From a virus: a DNA stretch of 64,000 nt. The DNA is taken from IMG/VR virus record IMGVR_UViG_3300003702_000496, positions 1-64,000 of that record, one strand, 5' to 3'. A program made the translations under genes and the position numbers. Position 1 is the stretch's first letter, and each line of letters begins with the position of its first letter. The notes beneath the pieces were generated by a model. It was not told where the DNA came from. It did no database searches and worked only from the letters and a program-made list of their open reading frames with translations. Positions 40,042 to 47,890 of the stretch are shown one piece after another.

Positions 40042-40739
40042 ATAACAATCTCTTGTATGTTGGTTTCATCTGGGTGATGACCATCAAATTTAGGTTCCTT
40101 TCCTTTAGGAAGAAAATAAAACCAGCCTGTTGCAATATATTTAAGGCCTTCGTTTGGTGTAACTCCTTTATGTGGATGTGTCCAACCTGCTGGCCAGATC
40201 ACCGTTCTACCAGTTTTAGCCCTTACTAGTTTTTCTTGATAAGGAAACCATGTGCCACACCTCGCGTTATTCAAATAGATCATCCATGCAAGCATACGAT
40301 AGGGATACGAACCAGAGTGCTCGTTATGCAATGCAAAGAATCCTTCCTTCTCGCCATCGTATCGTTGCACATTATAGAAAGGACATAATCTCCACTGACT
40401 TGCTTTGTTAATCGTATTCAGATAACCATATTTTTTTGTATAAGATTCCAGTGCAGAATGTATAAAGTAATAAATTGGATCGTTAATGGAATTGTCTGCG
40501 CCGAAGTCAAAAGTTTTAGTCGCACAAACCTTTTGACGATTCTTATTAAAATACGCAAGCCCAGAATCCTTGGAAGCATTATCGTCATAAACAGACTCAA
40601 AAAATTGAATTATTCTTTCGCAGTTCTTTCTGCCTGCCTCAACCCAATCTTTACGAATTAATATCGGTTGAGAAGAACTTTCTTCAACAACACTTCGCGC
40701 AGAGTCAAGATCATATGTTTCAATAAAATCAAAAAACAT
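40038..40739 (-). CDS. 2OG-Fe(II) oxygenase (prolyl-hydroxylase-like)
   Basis: LHNE, MIYLN, WPAGWTHPHKG, KYIATGW. Confidence 0.9.
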   Translation of the reverse strand: MFFDFIETYDLDSARSVVEESSSQPILIRKDWVEAGRKNCERIIQFFESVYDDNASKDSGLAYFNKNRQKVCATKTFDFGADNSINDPIYYFIHSALESYTKKYGYLNTINKASQWRLCPFYNVQRYDGEKEGFFALHNEHSGSYPYRMLAWMIYLNNARCGTWFPYQEKLVRAKTGRTVIWPAGWTHPHKGVTPNEGLKYIATGWFYFLPKGKEPKFDGHHPDETNIQEIVI

Positions 40740-40977
40740 TTTTCATAAATATATATTCGTTTTTTCCCACACTGTTTTCTACCGTGAGGAAAATAGAATT
40801 TATATTCTTTTTCTTTACAGGAACAAAGTTTGAAAGCTTCTTGGAATAATAATGCGGTACGCCATTCGCCAATTTCATTTTATCATAAGAATCCATGTCA
40901 GAAGAGATTTCCGTAATCGTACCGTTCACAGTCTCCCCATACTCATTTTTATATTTTACTATATCACCAATATTCAT
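40729..40977 (-). CDS. Hypothetical protein (MNIGDIVKY...)
   Basis: Likely start at 40977; the longer ORF-track start overlaps the tRNA-like element. Confidence 0.65.
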   Translation of the reverse strand: MNIGDIVKYKNEYGETVNGTITEISSDMDSYDKMKLANGVPHYYSKKLSNFVPVKKKNINSIFLTVENSVGKNEYIFMKNVF

Positions 40978-40992
40978 ATTCTTTTCTTTCAA

Positions 40993-41095
40993 GATGGCAG
41001 GGAAAGGAATCGAACCTTTCTGCACCGTAATCTGATATACGTCGTTGCTTAATCAGAAATATCCACAACGTAAAACCCAGCGACCAGGCCTCCCA
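40993..41095 (-). ncRNA. tRNA-like small RNA (T-arm and ...GCCA 3' end, no canonical cloverleaf)
   Basis: AAAGG-TTCGATT-CCTTT T-arm followed by CCCTGCCA; lies just downstream of the promoter at 41115-41143. Confidence 0.55.
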
Positions 41096-41114
41096 TAAAA
41101 GTTAACAATAACAT

Positions 41115-41143
41115 ATACTAACACATAAAGAAATGTTTGTCAA
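41115..41143 (-). promoter_or_regulatory. Sigma70-type early promoter TTGACA-N17-TAGTAT
   Basis: Perfect -35, 17-nt spacer, TGn extended -10. Confidence 0.85.
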
Positions 41144-41146
41144 GAG

Positions 41147-41683
41147 TTATTTTCTAAAATTTAATTCCACTTTAATTTGATTAGGGTCATATATGAATAG
41201 CTGATCAATGGCATTCGGAGGATCACTTTTTTCATTATTTCCTTCACTCAAAAGAACCCGATTATACTTATAAGAAATTTTATGATCGTCCAACAGATTT
41301 TGTGTTTCCTTCAAAAGCTTTACATTACAACGAAATGCGATATGATCAATTGTACCAGAAGAAAAAGTAAAAGTTCCTGCTGAGACTTCCACAAGATGTA
41401 TATATGCAGTTTTAGGATATGGCATATATCCCATATAATCAGATAGATAGTGTATATTGAGATCGAGATACAACCAAGCTCCATTAAAAGGAAACTTCGG
41501 CCGGGGTCCATTAATAAATCCAAGTATCTCATAGAACTTTATCGTTTCTTTAAGATACTTCGTATTAATATTCACATGGTCAAAACTCATTATAACACTT
41601 GAATCTCCCCCTGGCGCATTTAGGTCATTCACTGGAATATCTTTCCATACCATCGTCTTGCGAGAATTATTTAACATATTCAT
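41147..41683 (-). CDS. VOC / glyoxalase-family protein
   Basis: FDHVNI, FY..LG, RP.FPF.GAWL, IHL, IDHIAF, QLF..DPN..KVELN. Confidence 0.88.
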   Translation of the reverse strand: MNMLNNSRKTMVWKDIPVNDLNAPGGDSSVIMSFDHVNINTKYLKETIKFYEILGFINGPRPKFPFNGAWLYLDLNIHYLSDYMGYMPYPKTAYIHLVEVSAGTFTFSSGTIDHIAFRCNVKLLKETQNLLDDHKISYKYNRVLLSEGNNEKSDPPNAIDQLFIYDPNQIKVELNFRK

Positions 41684-41685
41684 AA

Positions 41686-41946
41686 TTAATGCAAAGTCGG
41701 TGAATTATCATCTGGGAGTTTTATTTTGCTCATCTCCAAGAAAACTTTTCGCGCTTCGCCGGGGCCCAACAGCGTTTCATAAAGTTTAAATAAATTTGCA
41801 CCAACACATCCGGCGACCATTAATGCTTCAGTCATACCATTTGTTTTTTCCAGTTGGTGCATCATAAAAGTGTTTATCCTAAAAGATATTTCTTCTAAAG
41901 CTTCAGGAGAGTTTTCATACTCAGGTCGTTTTGATTTCTTTTTCAT
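41686..41946 (-). CDS. Hypothetical protein (MKKKSKRPEY...)
   Basis: Likely start at 41946, avoiding overlap with the upstream ORF. Confidence 0.65.
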   Translation of the reverse strand: MKKKSKRPEYENSPEALEEISFRINTFMMHQLEKTNGMTEALMVAGCVGANLFKLYETLLGPGEARKVFLEMSKIKLPDDNSPTLH

Positions 41947-41959
41947 GGGGAAGTTTCCA

Positions 41960-42145
41960 TTAATTGTTGTCAGTTTTTGAGGTGGCGGCCTCTTCTTGGA
42001 GTTTAAACCAATCTCTGGTAAAAGGACATTCTGCAAGAGTTTTTTTTAATTGTATAACATGTTCTTGCATATCTTTAATTTCTTTTTTCATAGAAGATAA
42101 TTGTCGAGTTAATCTTTCATTCTTTATAAATTGATTATGTTTCAT
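41960..42145 (-). CDS. Hypothetical coiled-coil protein
   Basis: ORF coupled to its neighbour by an ATGA overlap. Confidence 0.6.
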   Translation of the reverse strand: MKHNQFIKNERLTRQLSSMKKEIKDMQEHVIQLKKTLAECPFTRDWFKLQEEAATSKTDNN

Positions 42146-42366
42146 AATATTTCATCTTTACTATTTAAATACTTATCCCAGAACTCGTCCCACATATCTG
42201 TCTTATGAGTCTCAGTTTTATAGAAAATATCAGATTTACCAGCGGGCCAATCTTGGCCGCCTGGATGATCACCATGTTTATGTTTGAAATTCTTCAATGC
42301 TCTATCAAAGATCGTTTGTTCAAACTCAGTATACACTCCACTCCAACGTATGACACTACGACTCAT
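42142..42366 (-). CDS. Hypothetical protein
   Basis: ORF with ATGA overlaps on both sides. Confidence 0.65.
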   Translation of the reverse strand: MSRSVIRWSGVYTEFEQTIFDRALKNFKHKHGDHPGGQDWPAGKSDIFYKTETHKTDMWDEFWDKYLNSKDEIL

Positions 42367-42575
42367 AATAATTCCTCTTCAATTAGTCCCGAAAGTATTA
42401 AATGAAACTTTCCCCCCAGTTGATGACATCGTGCCCAACCTATATTATACCCCCAAGGTATATCTGATCTTGCAATTCTTAGATGTTCACAAACAAGTTT
42501 TTCTTCCATACTTCCATCGTTATTTTTTAATAGTGTTAGAATTTCATTTCGGAGACATATATCTTTTTTCAACAT
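42363..42575 (-). CDS. Hypothetical protein
   Basis: ORF in tight operon. Confidence 0.55.
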   Translation of the reverse strand: MLKKDICLRNEILTLLKNNDGSMEEKLVCEHLRIARSDIPWGYNIGWARCHQLGGKFHLILSGLIEEELL

Positions 42576-42578
42576 GTA

Positions 42579-43343
42579 TTAATTTCCATCAAAAAGAACT
42601 TGCATTTTATTAATATTTTGTTCAAATATTTTTGTATTTATATTCATACTAAATGATCTTCGTTCACCAATACCCTTAAAAGGATATGCTGTATGTCTTA
42701 GATTAGCAGGGAACAAATACCAATTACCAACCTTTGGAACAAATCCTATTCCATCATTTTCAAAGAACGCTTTCTCATTAGGACCGCTATTATTCAGAAT
42801 TTCCAAAACTCCGTTTAAGTCAATATGTTTTTTGTAGTTAGATTTAATGCTTTTTTTATGTTCCTTTGATAAATCGGGAACTTTCAAAAATCCTACACAA
42901 GTTAATTCAGAATCTGGGTGGGTGTGGATGGGATTATAATCTCCAGCAAAAGATTGTACATACCAAGCAGATATAACATCAACTTGGATTTCATTAATAT
43001 TTTTCAATGCTTGTTCTTTAGGAATAATGATAAAATTTTGTTCTGGAATATAAAGTTCATTATAATATCCAGCTATATATCTTTGTACTTGTTTACCAAA
43101 CCATTGACCCCATTTATTAATAACATCAATCGGAATTTTAAGTTCCTGTTTAACTTGACCAACGAGGGTATGTGAAAAATCTTCTGATTTTAATAGTTCT
43201 TCATCTTTAATAATATCATCACAACCTTTATTAAGATCAATTACTAATTCTTTTGGTAATTCAGCATAACCGATTGGCGGACCAAATGGAAAGTATGTTT
43301 GTAAAGGATTTCCGAAATCGTGTGGGGGTAAAGGAGTTTTCAT
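42579..43343 (-). CDS. 2OG-Fe(II) oxygenase (TIGR02466-like HxH type)
   Basis: W...GDYNPIHTH, LFPANLRH..YPF..GERRSFSMN. Confidence 0.88.
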   Translation of the reverse strand: MKTPLPPHDFGNPLQTYFPFGPPIGYAELPKELVIDLNKGCDDIIKDEELLKSEDFSHTLVGQVKQELKIPIDVINKWGQWFGKQVQRYIAGYYNELYIPEQNFIIIPKEQALKNINEIQVDVISAWYVQSFAGDYNPIHTHPDSELTCVGFLKVPDLSKEHKKSIKSNYKKHIDLNGVLEILNNSGPNEKAFFENDGIGFVPKVGNWYLFPANLRHTAYPFKGIGERRSFSMNINTKIFEQNINKMQVLFDGN

Positions 43344-43351
43344 TTCTTTTC

Positions 43352-43507
43352 TCAGGGAAGTTTCAGCAAAGAGCGCTCAGTTTTTGGGGGTGGCGGCTCT
43401 TTTGATTTTTCATTCGACACCTCTTTAAGCTTATCCTTGACCCATTCTGCATCATTGATATTATCACGCTCACAAATCTCTGAGATTACCTCAAATATAT
43501 TTTTCAT
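43352..43507 (-). CDS. Hypothetical protein (51 aa), paralog of 43509-43724
   Basis: Read by hand: MKNIFEVISEICERDNINDAEWVKDKLKEVSNEKS... versus LISQICKSEPIYDAEWLKAELKKLPNEKS. Confidence 0.7.
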   Translation of the reverse strand: MKNIFEVISEICERDNINDAEWVKDKLKEVSNEKSKEPPPPKTERSLLKLP

Positions 43508-43508
43508 T

Positions 43509-43724
43509 CTATTTGTTCCCTTTAAAATTAACCCAATCCTCAGAGTGTGTTACTGATTTTTCATTCGGTAATTTTTTAAGTTCGGCCTTGAGCCATTCTG
43601 CGTCATATATCGGTTCACTCTTACAAATCTGAGAGATCAACTTATGTACATTTAATTCATATACATCTTTTTCTTTATCCATAATATTTCCTTTAGACAC
43701 CTTATTGCATTTATAGATTATCAA
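43509..43724 (-). CDS. Hypothetical protein (start may be the internal MDKEKD)
   Basis: ORF; paralogous to the adjacent small ORF. Confidence 0.65.
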   Translation of the reverse strand: MIIYKCNKVSKGNIMDKEKDVYELNVHKLISQICKSEPIYDAEWLKAELKKLPNEKSVTHSEDWVNFKGNK

Positions 43725-43761
43725 AGACGGCCCAGTTTTAAGGCCCCCTTTTTTTTAAAAA

Positions 43762-43817
43762 GTGGAGAGGGGTCAATTGATTTTTCATATTGACTACGAA
43801 GAAGACCCCTCTCCTAC
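43762..43817 (-). terminator. Stem-loop (GGAGAGGGGTC/GACCCCTCTCC) followed by TTTT; probable terminator or stabiliser
   Basis: 11-bp perfect inverted repeat just after the HTH gene stop; unusually large loop. Confidence 0.55.
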
Positions 43818-43823
43818 TCTCAG

Positions 43824-44105
43824 CTAGGCAGAAGCAGCTAGTGCTTGATACCCTGCAGCCACAACAGAGCGAGGCGCCGTGCCAAGACGATACTTGCTAT
43901 AAGTCTCGCCGAAGCTGTTAGTACGCTGATTGAGGAACACAGGATAACCCTGCATACGAAGAGAGCTAATAACAGCTCGCGGATTCGCCACACCATAACG
44001 TGCGGTAATCTGCTTAGCAGTTAGCTCAGCTCCACCCTCTAGAGCGGTAATGACCTTCTCGGTCTTAGTTGTAATTGTCGTCATAAAATACTCCTTACAT
44101 GACAT
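43824..44105 (-). CDS. Winged helix-turn-helix DNA-binding protein
   Basis: LTAKQI..RYGVANPRAVIS.LR..GY...YRLG pattern. Confidence 0.75.
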   Translation of the reverse strand: MSCKEYFMTTITTKTEKVITALEGGAELTAKQITARYGVANPRAVISSLRMQGYPVFLNQRTNSFGETYSKYRLGTAPRSVVAAGYQALAASA

Positions 44106-44157
44106 ATCAAGAGCATGCTTATTCGCATACCCATTCAGTAGACCCTATGCCTACATG

Positions 44158-44578
44158 AATAAAAAGGAAGAGCGCCAGGACACATAGCAATTCAGCAATA
44201 TTCGCAATCCCACTCGGGGCGCTCTTCAGTATAAGGACCGCTTCTCAGTCAACACGACTTGACCTTACCTACCTACCATCCATTACAGTAAGCAGTCCTT
44301 TCTATATTTTCATTCTGGGCCTTGGCGTCCCTCCACCTATTGGCTTCATCGGGTTTCGAGCTGCGTCCCTCACGCCCATACCCCCAGACCAGAAATATAA
44401 TTCTCTGGGAGCACCCAATATTCCTTCACCGTAGCTCCATTTCTTACCTTACTGGGAAGGCGGAGCGGTTTAACAGTGTTACAGTGTCAACTTCATTGGT
44501 TCACAAAACCTTTCAGAGGAGAGACTAGCAGTGTCATGTGACCTAACAGGGGCGTCCCGTTCCAGAAGTCTCTCTCTC
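44158..44578 (-). ncRNA. Candidate large structured non-coding RNA (~420 nt)
   Basis: GC-elevated stretch without a credible ORF, between a strong promoter and a U-tract, with several long complementary stems. Confidence 0.65.
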
Positions 44579-44588
44579 ATTATGTCTA

Positions 44589-44617
44589 ATCATAACACAA
44601 AACAGAAGCTTTGTCAA
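44589..44617 (-). promoter_or_regulatory. Sigma70-type early promoter TTGACA-N17-TATGAT
   Basis: Perfect -35, 17-nt spacer, TGn. Confidence 0.85.
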
Positions 44618-44642
44618 GTAAAAAATAAATCTTTTTTTCAGT

Positions 44643-44660
44643 TGTGATAAAAATGTCACA
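44643..44660. promoter_or_regulatory. Palindromic operator TGTGA-N8-TCACA
   Basis: TGTGATAAAAATGTCACA, 25 nt upstream of the -35 hexamer. Confidence 0.65.
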
Positions 44661-44663
44661 CTA

Positions 44664-44864
44664 TCACGGCCGGCCGAGCCTATCCGCTTCCCGCGCTTCG
44701 ACAAGGTCTTTAAAGAGCCGGGAGGTAGGTGTCGGGCCATAGGTCCATAAGGACCCTGTAAGGTACTTGCCTACATGAGCGCTGACATATTCAGCGTCTG
44801 AGGTAGGGCTATGAGCAGCTGCGGCTTTGATACCGAGTGCGATGGCCTTTTCAGTCGCGGTCAT
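44664..44864 (-). CDS. Hypothetical early protein
   Basis: ORF abutting the upstream gene. Confidence 0.65.
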   Translation of the reverse strand: MTATEKAIALGIKAAAAHSPTSDAEYVSAHVGKYLTGSLWTYGPTPTSRLFKDLVEAREADRLGRP

Positions 44865-45101
44865 TTAGATACCGGCCCGTTCTAGAGCATGTTTAAAGAG
44901 CAACATCGCGCCCTCATCCGTATCAAAACCATCCTCAGAAGCAAAGTCCATAGAGCTCGATCCATTTACTTCGGGAGCAATACCCTTATCCAAAAGAATA
45001 TCGGCTACGCCATCAACAGTGTTCGCCCAAGCTGGGTCAGAAGAACCATCCTCGTACAAATACAAACCACCGTTTGATGCACCAATAAAATTAATCGCCA
45101 T
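44865..45101 (-). CDS. Hypothetical early protein (SSSMDF motif)
   Basis: ORF with SD (AAGGA) immediately after an early promoter. Confidence 0.75.
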   Translation of the reverse strand: MAINFIGASNGGLYLYEDGSSDPAWANTVDGVADILLDKGIAPEVNGSSSMDFASEDGFDTDEGAMLLFKHALERAGI

Positions 45102-45130
45102 GAATCTCTTTCCTTTTTCGATTATGTCTT

Positions 45131-45159
45131 ATTCTACCATACAATACAGGTTTTGTCAA
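45131..45159 (-). promoter_or_regulatory. Sigma70-type early promoter TTGACA-N17-TAGAAT
   Basis: Perfect -35, 17-nt spacer, TGn. Confidence 0.85.
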
Positions 45160-45184
45160 CCAAAAAATATATTTTCTTTTTGAG

Positions 45185-45202
45185 TGTGTCATATATATCA
45201 CA
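45185..45202. promoter_or_regulatory. Palindromic operator-like site TGTGTCATATATATCACA
   Basis: Same 25-nt offset from the -35 hexamer as the 44643 site. Confidence 0.6.
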
Positions 45203-45267
45203 CTGCTCGGTTTGATGAAGACACTAAGGCATCCTTCCTTGACCTTTACACCAAAATTGATGCTGGT

Positions 45268-45438
45268 CTAGGCATGATATAACATAAGGTAATATATGGC
45301 CATAAATGCTGCGAGTCCTAGTCCCAACCAAAGGAACAATTTAAGAACAAACTTAAAACTTGTCATGGGATTAAAAAATATCTTATAGAAGATATACCCC
45401 AAAAATATCAAACATAATATACTAATGAATGTTTCCAT
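45268..45438 (-). CDS. Small two-TM membrane protein (56 aa)
   Basis: Read by hand (METFISILCLIFLGYIFYKIF...); directly after a promoter. Confidence 0.65.
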   Translation of the reverse strand: METFISILCLIFLGYIFYKIFFNPMTSFKFVLKLFLWLGLGLAAFMAIYYLMLYHA

Positions 45439-45465
45439 ATCTCTCTATATCCATTCTACATACAC

Positions 45466-45494
45466 AGTATACACCAAAGTCAAGGGATTGTCAA
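45466..45494 (-). promoter_or_regulatory. Sigma70-type early promoter TTGACA-N17-TATACT
   Basis: Perfect -35, 17-nt spacer. Confidence 0.85.
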
Positions 45495-45765
45495 GTCTTT
45501 TTTTCAATTAATTTCAAAGAAGTGTCATATAATCAAATAATCAAGAGGGGATTGTCTTTTCCGGCTTAGGTATCCCCTATGACCCCCTGAGATAGACGAG
45601 CTATGCAATTGTAGCGGCAGCTTGACACTCTATTTGCCCATATAAGTAAATGCGTGAATTTCAGGACAATTTCAGGAATATGTGAGAAAAACTGCCGAGG
45701 GGCCGCAGACTTTAATCCCCACAACTCTATGTTTTTTCAAGCCTTTTTTAAATTCTTCCGCATTC

Positions 45766-46287
45766 CTAGTCCCACAGCGGTTTATCCACTGCACGTTTAA
45801 GATAGTCCACACCAGATGTTCCCCCAGTACCAGGCCTATTACCTATGATACGTTCAACGGCTTTCATATGAGAGAATTGCCACTTCTTAAATGCATTTTC
45901 TACATCAAGCAATTCTTGTTTTTCAATGCATCTCTCTGACCATTTCCAACCCAATTTTCTTCGTAAATCCTTTAGTAACCGTTCCATTTCCATATACTGT
46001 TCTGATTGTTTTCCTGATGCAGTTCCCAGTGTATCCCTAAAATTCTCATAATCTTCATAGGACATCGTAGTGACAATATCCCATAATGAATTTAAGTGAT
46101 TGAATATTCTTATAATGCGTTTTAAATTAACAGCATAACCATAATTGTTTAGTTCACCTATTAGTACCTTGAACCACAACTCAGAGGATTGGTGTGCGAC
46201 TATGAACATGAGCTCTGTAGGCTCATCAGTATGCGGTTTCTGCAACGATAATAATGTGTTCAAATTTAGATATTCATCGTATTTCAT
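45766..46287 (-). CDS. kynA: Tryptophan 2,3-dioxygenase-like protein (compact)
   Basis: Y..YL.L..LLSLQ, E.MFIVAHQSSELWFK, FR..LG.ASG.QS.QY, H...VERIIG..PGTGGTSGVDYL. Confidence 0.9.
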   Translation of the reverse strand: MKYDEYLNLNTLLSLQKPHTDEPTELMFIVAHQSSELWFKVLIGELNNYGYAVNLKRIIRIFNHLNSLWDIVTTMSYEDYENFRDTLGTASGKQSEQYMEMERLLKDLRRKLGWKWSERCIEKQELLDVENAFKKWQFSHMKAVERIIGNRPGTGGTSGVDYLKRAVDKPLWD

Positions 46288-46411
46288 TACTTCTTTCTCT
46301 TTTTTACACCGAGCTCATAAGAAATTCCAATTAAACATACGCTGTATATCCAAAAATAAAATAGATGTTCCAACGTGAAAAACAATGTATTATCCATTAC
46401 CCACATGATGA

Positions 46412-46633
46412 TTATTCTTTAAGTATATACTTCATACCGCAATAGCCGCAAACCGCGAAACCACTCTCTTCTATGGTGTAGTATACAACGGGATGATCAT
46501 TGTCACACTTAATTTTTCTGTTATGTACTGTGGTGCTGTCAGAACTGAATACATATTTTTCATCTACTCTTACAATGCGTTCCTCTTCGGGAATAACATA
46601 GCTATTCTCTGCGTTTGCCTTTCTCAATGGCAT
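46412..46633 (-). CDS. zf-CHCC zinc-finger protein (NDUFS6-like)
   Basis: C..DHPVVY......CGYCG. Confidence 0.85.
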   Translation of the reverse strand: MPLRKANAENSYVIPEEERIVRVDEKYVFSSDSTTVHNRKIKCDNDHPVVYYTIEESGFAVCGYCGMKYILKE

Positions 46634-47046
46634 GATTTTCCGAACTTTCTTAAACGAATATAGTTATAGGGAAGCGGAGCGATATAACCAGCTATCAGCA
46701 TCAGGGGGATTACAAACCAATTCAGTTCAGCACCGCCTGTCACAACGAAGTCTATTGCGTTCATCACTGCTTCCATAGTTATCATAGAGATAAGGGACAT
46801 ACCAGCTGCGGTTTTGAGCGCGAGTTTAAACGGTAATTGTTTGCTGAGAATTATGGTTTCTAACAGAATTGAGGTGAGTATGCCATTTACGATGGCTAAC
46901 GTCAAAATTGACCACACTGGCCAAGGAATTTCGGTTAACTGAAAGAACAGTATAGTACCAAAATCACCTATTGAGCACCCTATCAGACACCATAGCGTGT
47001 TGATTAGAGTGCGTTTATATAGATCAATTAGAATGTTATTTTTCAT
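46624..47046 (-). CDS. DUF4396-like membrane protein
   Basis: TLWCLIGCSIGD, SMITME..MN, AG...PLPYNY..L. Confidence 0.8.
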   Translation of the reverse strand: MKNNILIDLYKRTLINTLWCLIGCSIGDFGTILFFQLTEIPWPVWSILTLAIVNGILTSILLETIILSKQLPFKLALKTAAGMSLISMITMEAVMNAIDFVVTGGAELNWFVIPLMLIAGYIAPLPYNYIRLRKFGKSCH

Positions 47047-47156
47047 TTAAATTTCTTATACATCATTAAATAGTACATGAATGATCGCGGATAATGGTAT
47101 GGGTTGGGTATGTCAACCGCAAAATATTCTTCGAGTTTCTCAACTATCTCAGACAT
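47043..47156 (-). CDS. Small hypothetical protein (37 aa; PNPYHYPRSFMYY)
   Basis: Read by hand; fills the gap with an ATGA overlap. Confidence 0.55.
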   Translation of the reverse strand: MSEIVEKLEEYFAVDIPNPYHYPRSFMYYLMMYKKFK

Positions 47157-47161
47157 ATCGG

Positions 47162-47890
47162 TTACTTTTTGTACAATATGCTGTTCATGCTGCATGTTGC
47201 ATTTCTTCCAAAGTAGTCACAATAATATGTATCTACGAATAAAGTATTCGGTATTTTCAATTTGGTTTGTGCTCTTCCTCTTGTATCTTCTATAATCATA
47301 TAATCTTTCTCGTTCATATGCAAATCAAAATACGCTATTACTGCATTTACGTTCACATGAGCATCCTCTATTATAAGCCACGGATGAGGTGGGAAGTTTC
47401 GGTGGCCGACGAAGAAATAGTTCTCGATATCAAACGCCAAGGGCGTTGAGAATGCATTCTCTAGTGTCTCTATTTTCTCACTGTCTCCTTTTACGAAAGT
47501 CACTCCCTCATAACTAGTAGTTGGTGGATTTATGTCTACGCTAATTATCTTTGTATTCACAAGTCCATACATCTTACATAAATCTGCCATCCATATTGCA
47601 CTTCCGCCTTCGCTTCCGCTTCCTATTTCCAGTATCGTAGCGGGTTTTATATCCCATATCATCATACTGTACAATGTGAAGTCAAATACGGTCTTGTAGA
47701 GGGGTATTCCTTTCCATGTCATGCAATTCTTTACACCCTGGCTCATAAGTAATGTATCTATATGTACATGGCTAGTCTCAGGACGTTCCGAAAAAGAAAC
47801 AAACTTCTCTTGTTTTCTTATTTCCGAAATGTCTTTTTGTTTATCTTTAGAAAGTATATTAATATTTCTTTTTAAATAGGTGTCTGTCAT
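47162..47890 (-). CDS. CmcI / cephalosporin-hydroxylase-family SAM-dependent methyltransferase
   Basis: WKG.PL.K..FD, IKP..ILEIG...GGSA.W, SVDI, GDS, LIIEDAH, Y.IIED. Confidence 0.85.
   Translation of the reverse strand: MTDTYLKRNINILSKDKQKDISEIRKQEKFVSFSERPETSHVHIDTLLMSQGVKNCMTWKGIPLYKTVFDFTLYSMMIWDIKPATILEIGSGSEGGSAIWMADLCKMYGLVNTKIISVDINPPTTSYEGVTFVKGDSEKIETLENAFSTPLAFDIENYFFVGHRNFPPHPWLIIEDAHVNVNAVIAYFDLHMNEKDYMIIEDTRGRAQTKLKIPNTLFVDTYYCDYFGRNATCSMNSILYKK

Noticed and set aside
40993-41095. Canonical tRNA or tmRNA
   Set aside because: No consistent D-arm or anticodon arm; the acceptor stem has mismatches; too short for tmRNA and no tag frame
44158-44578. RNase P RNA, group I intron, cobalamin riboswitch, or the ORFs 44322-44528 and 44543-44740
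   Set aside because: Diagnostic conserved cores not found; it interrupts no gene; the short ORFs lack a credible RBS and overlap the promoter or stems
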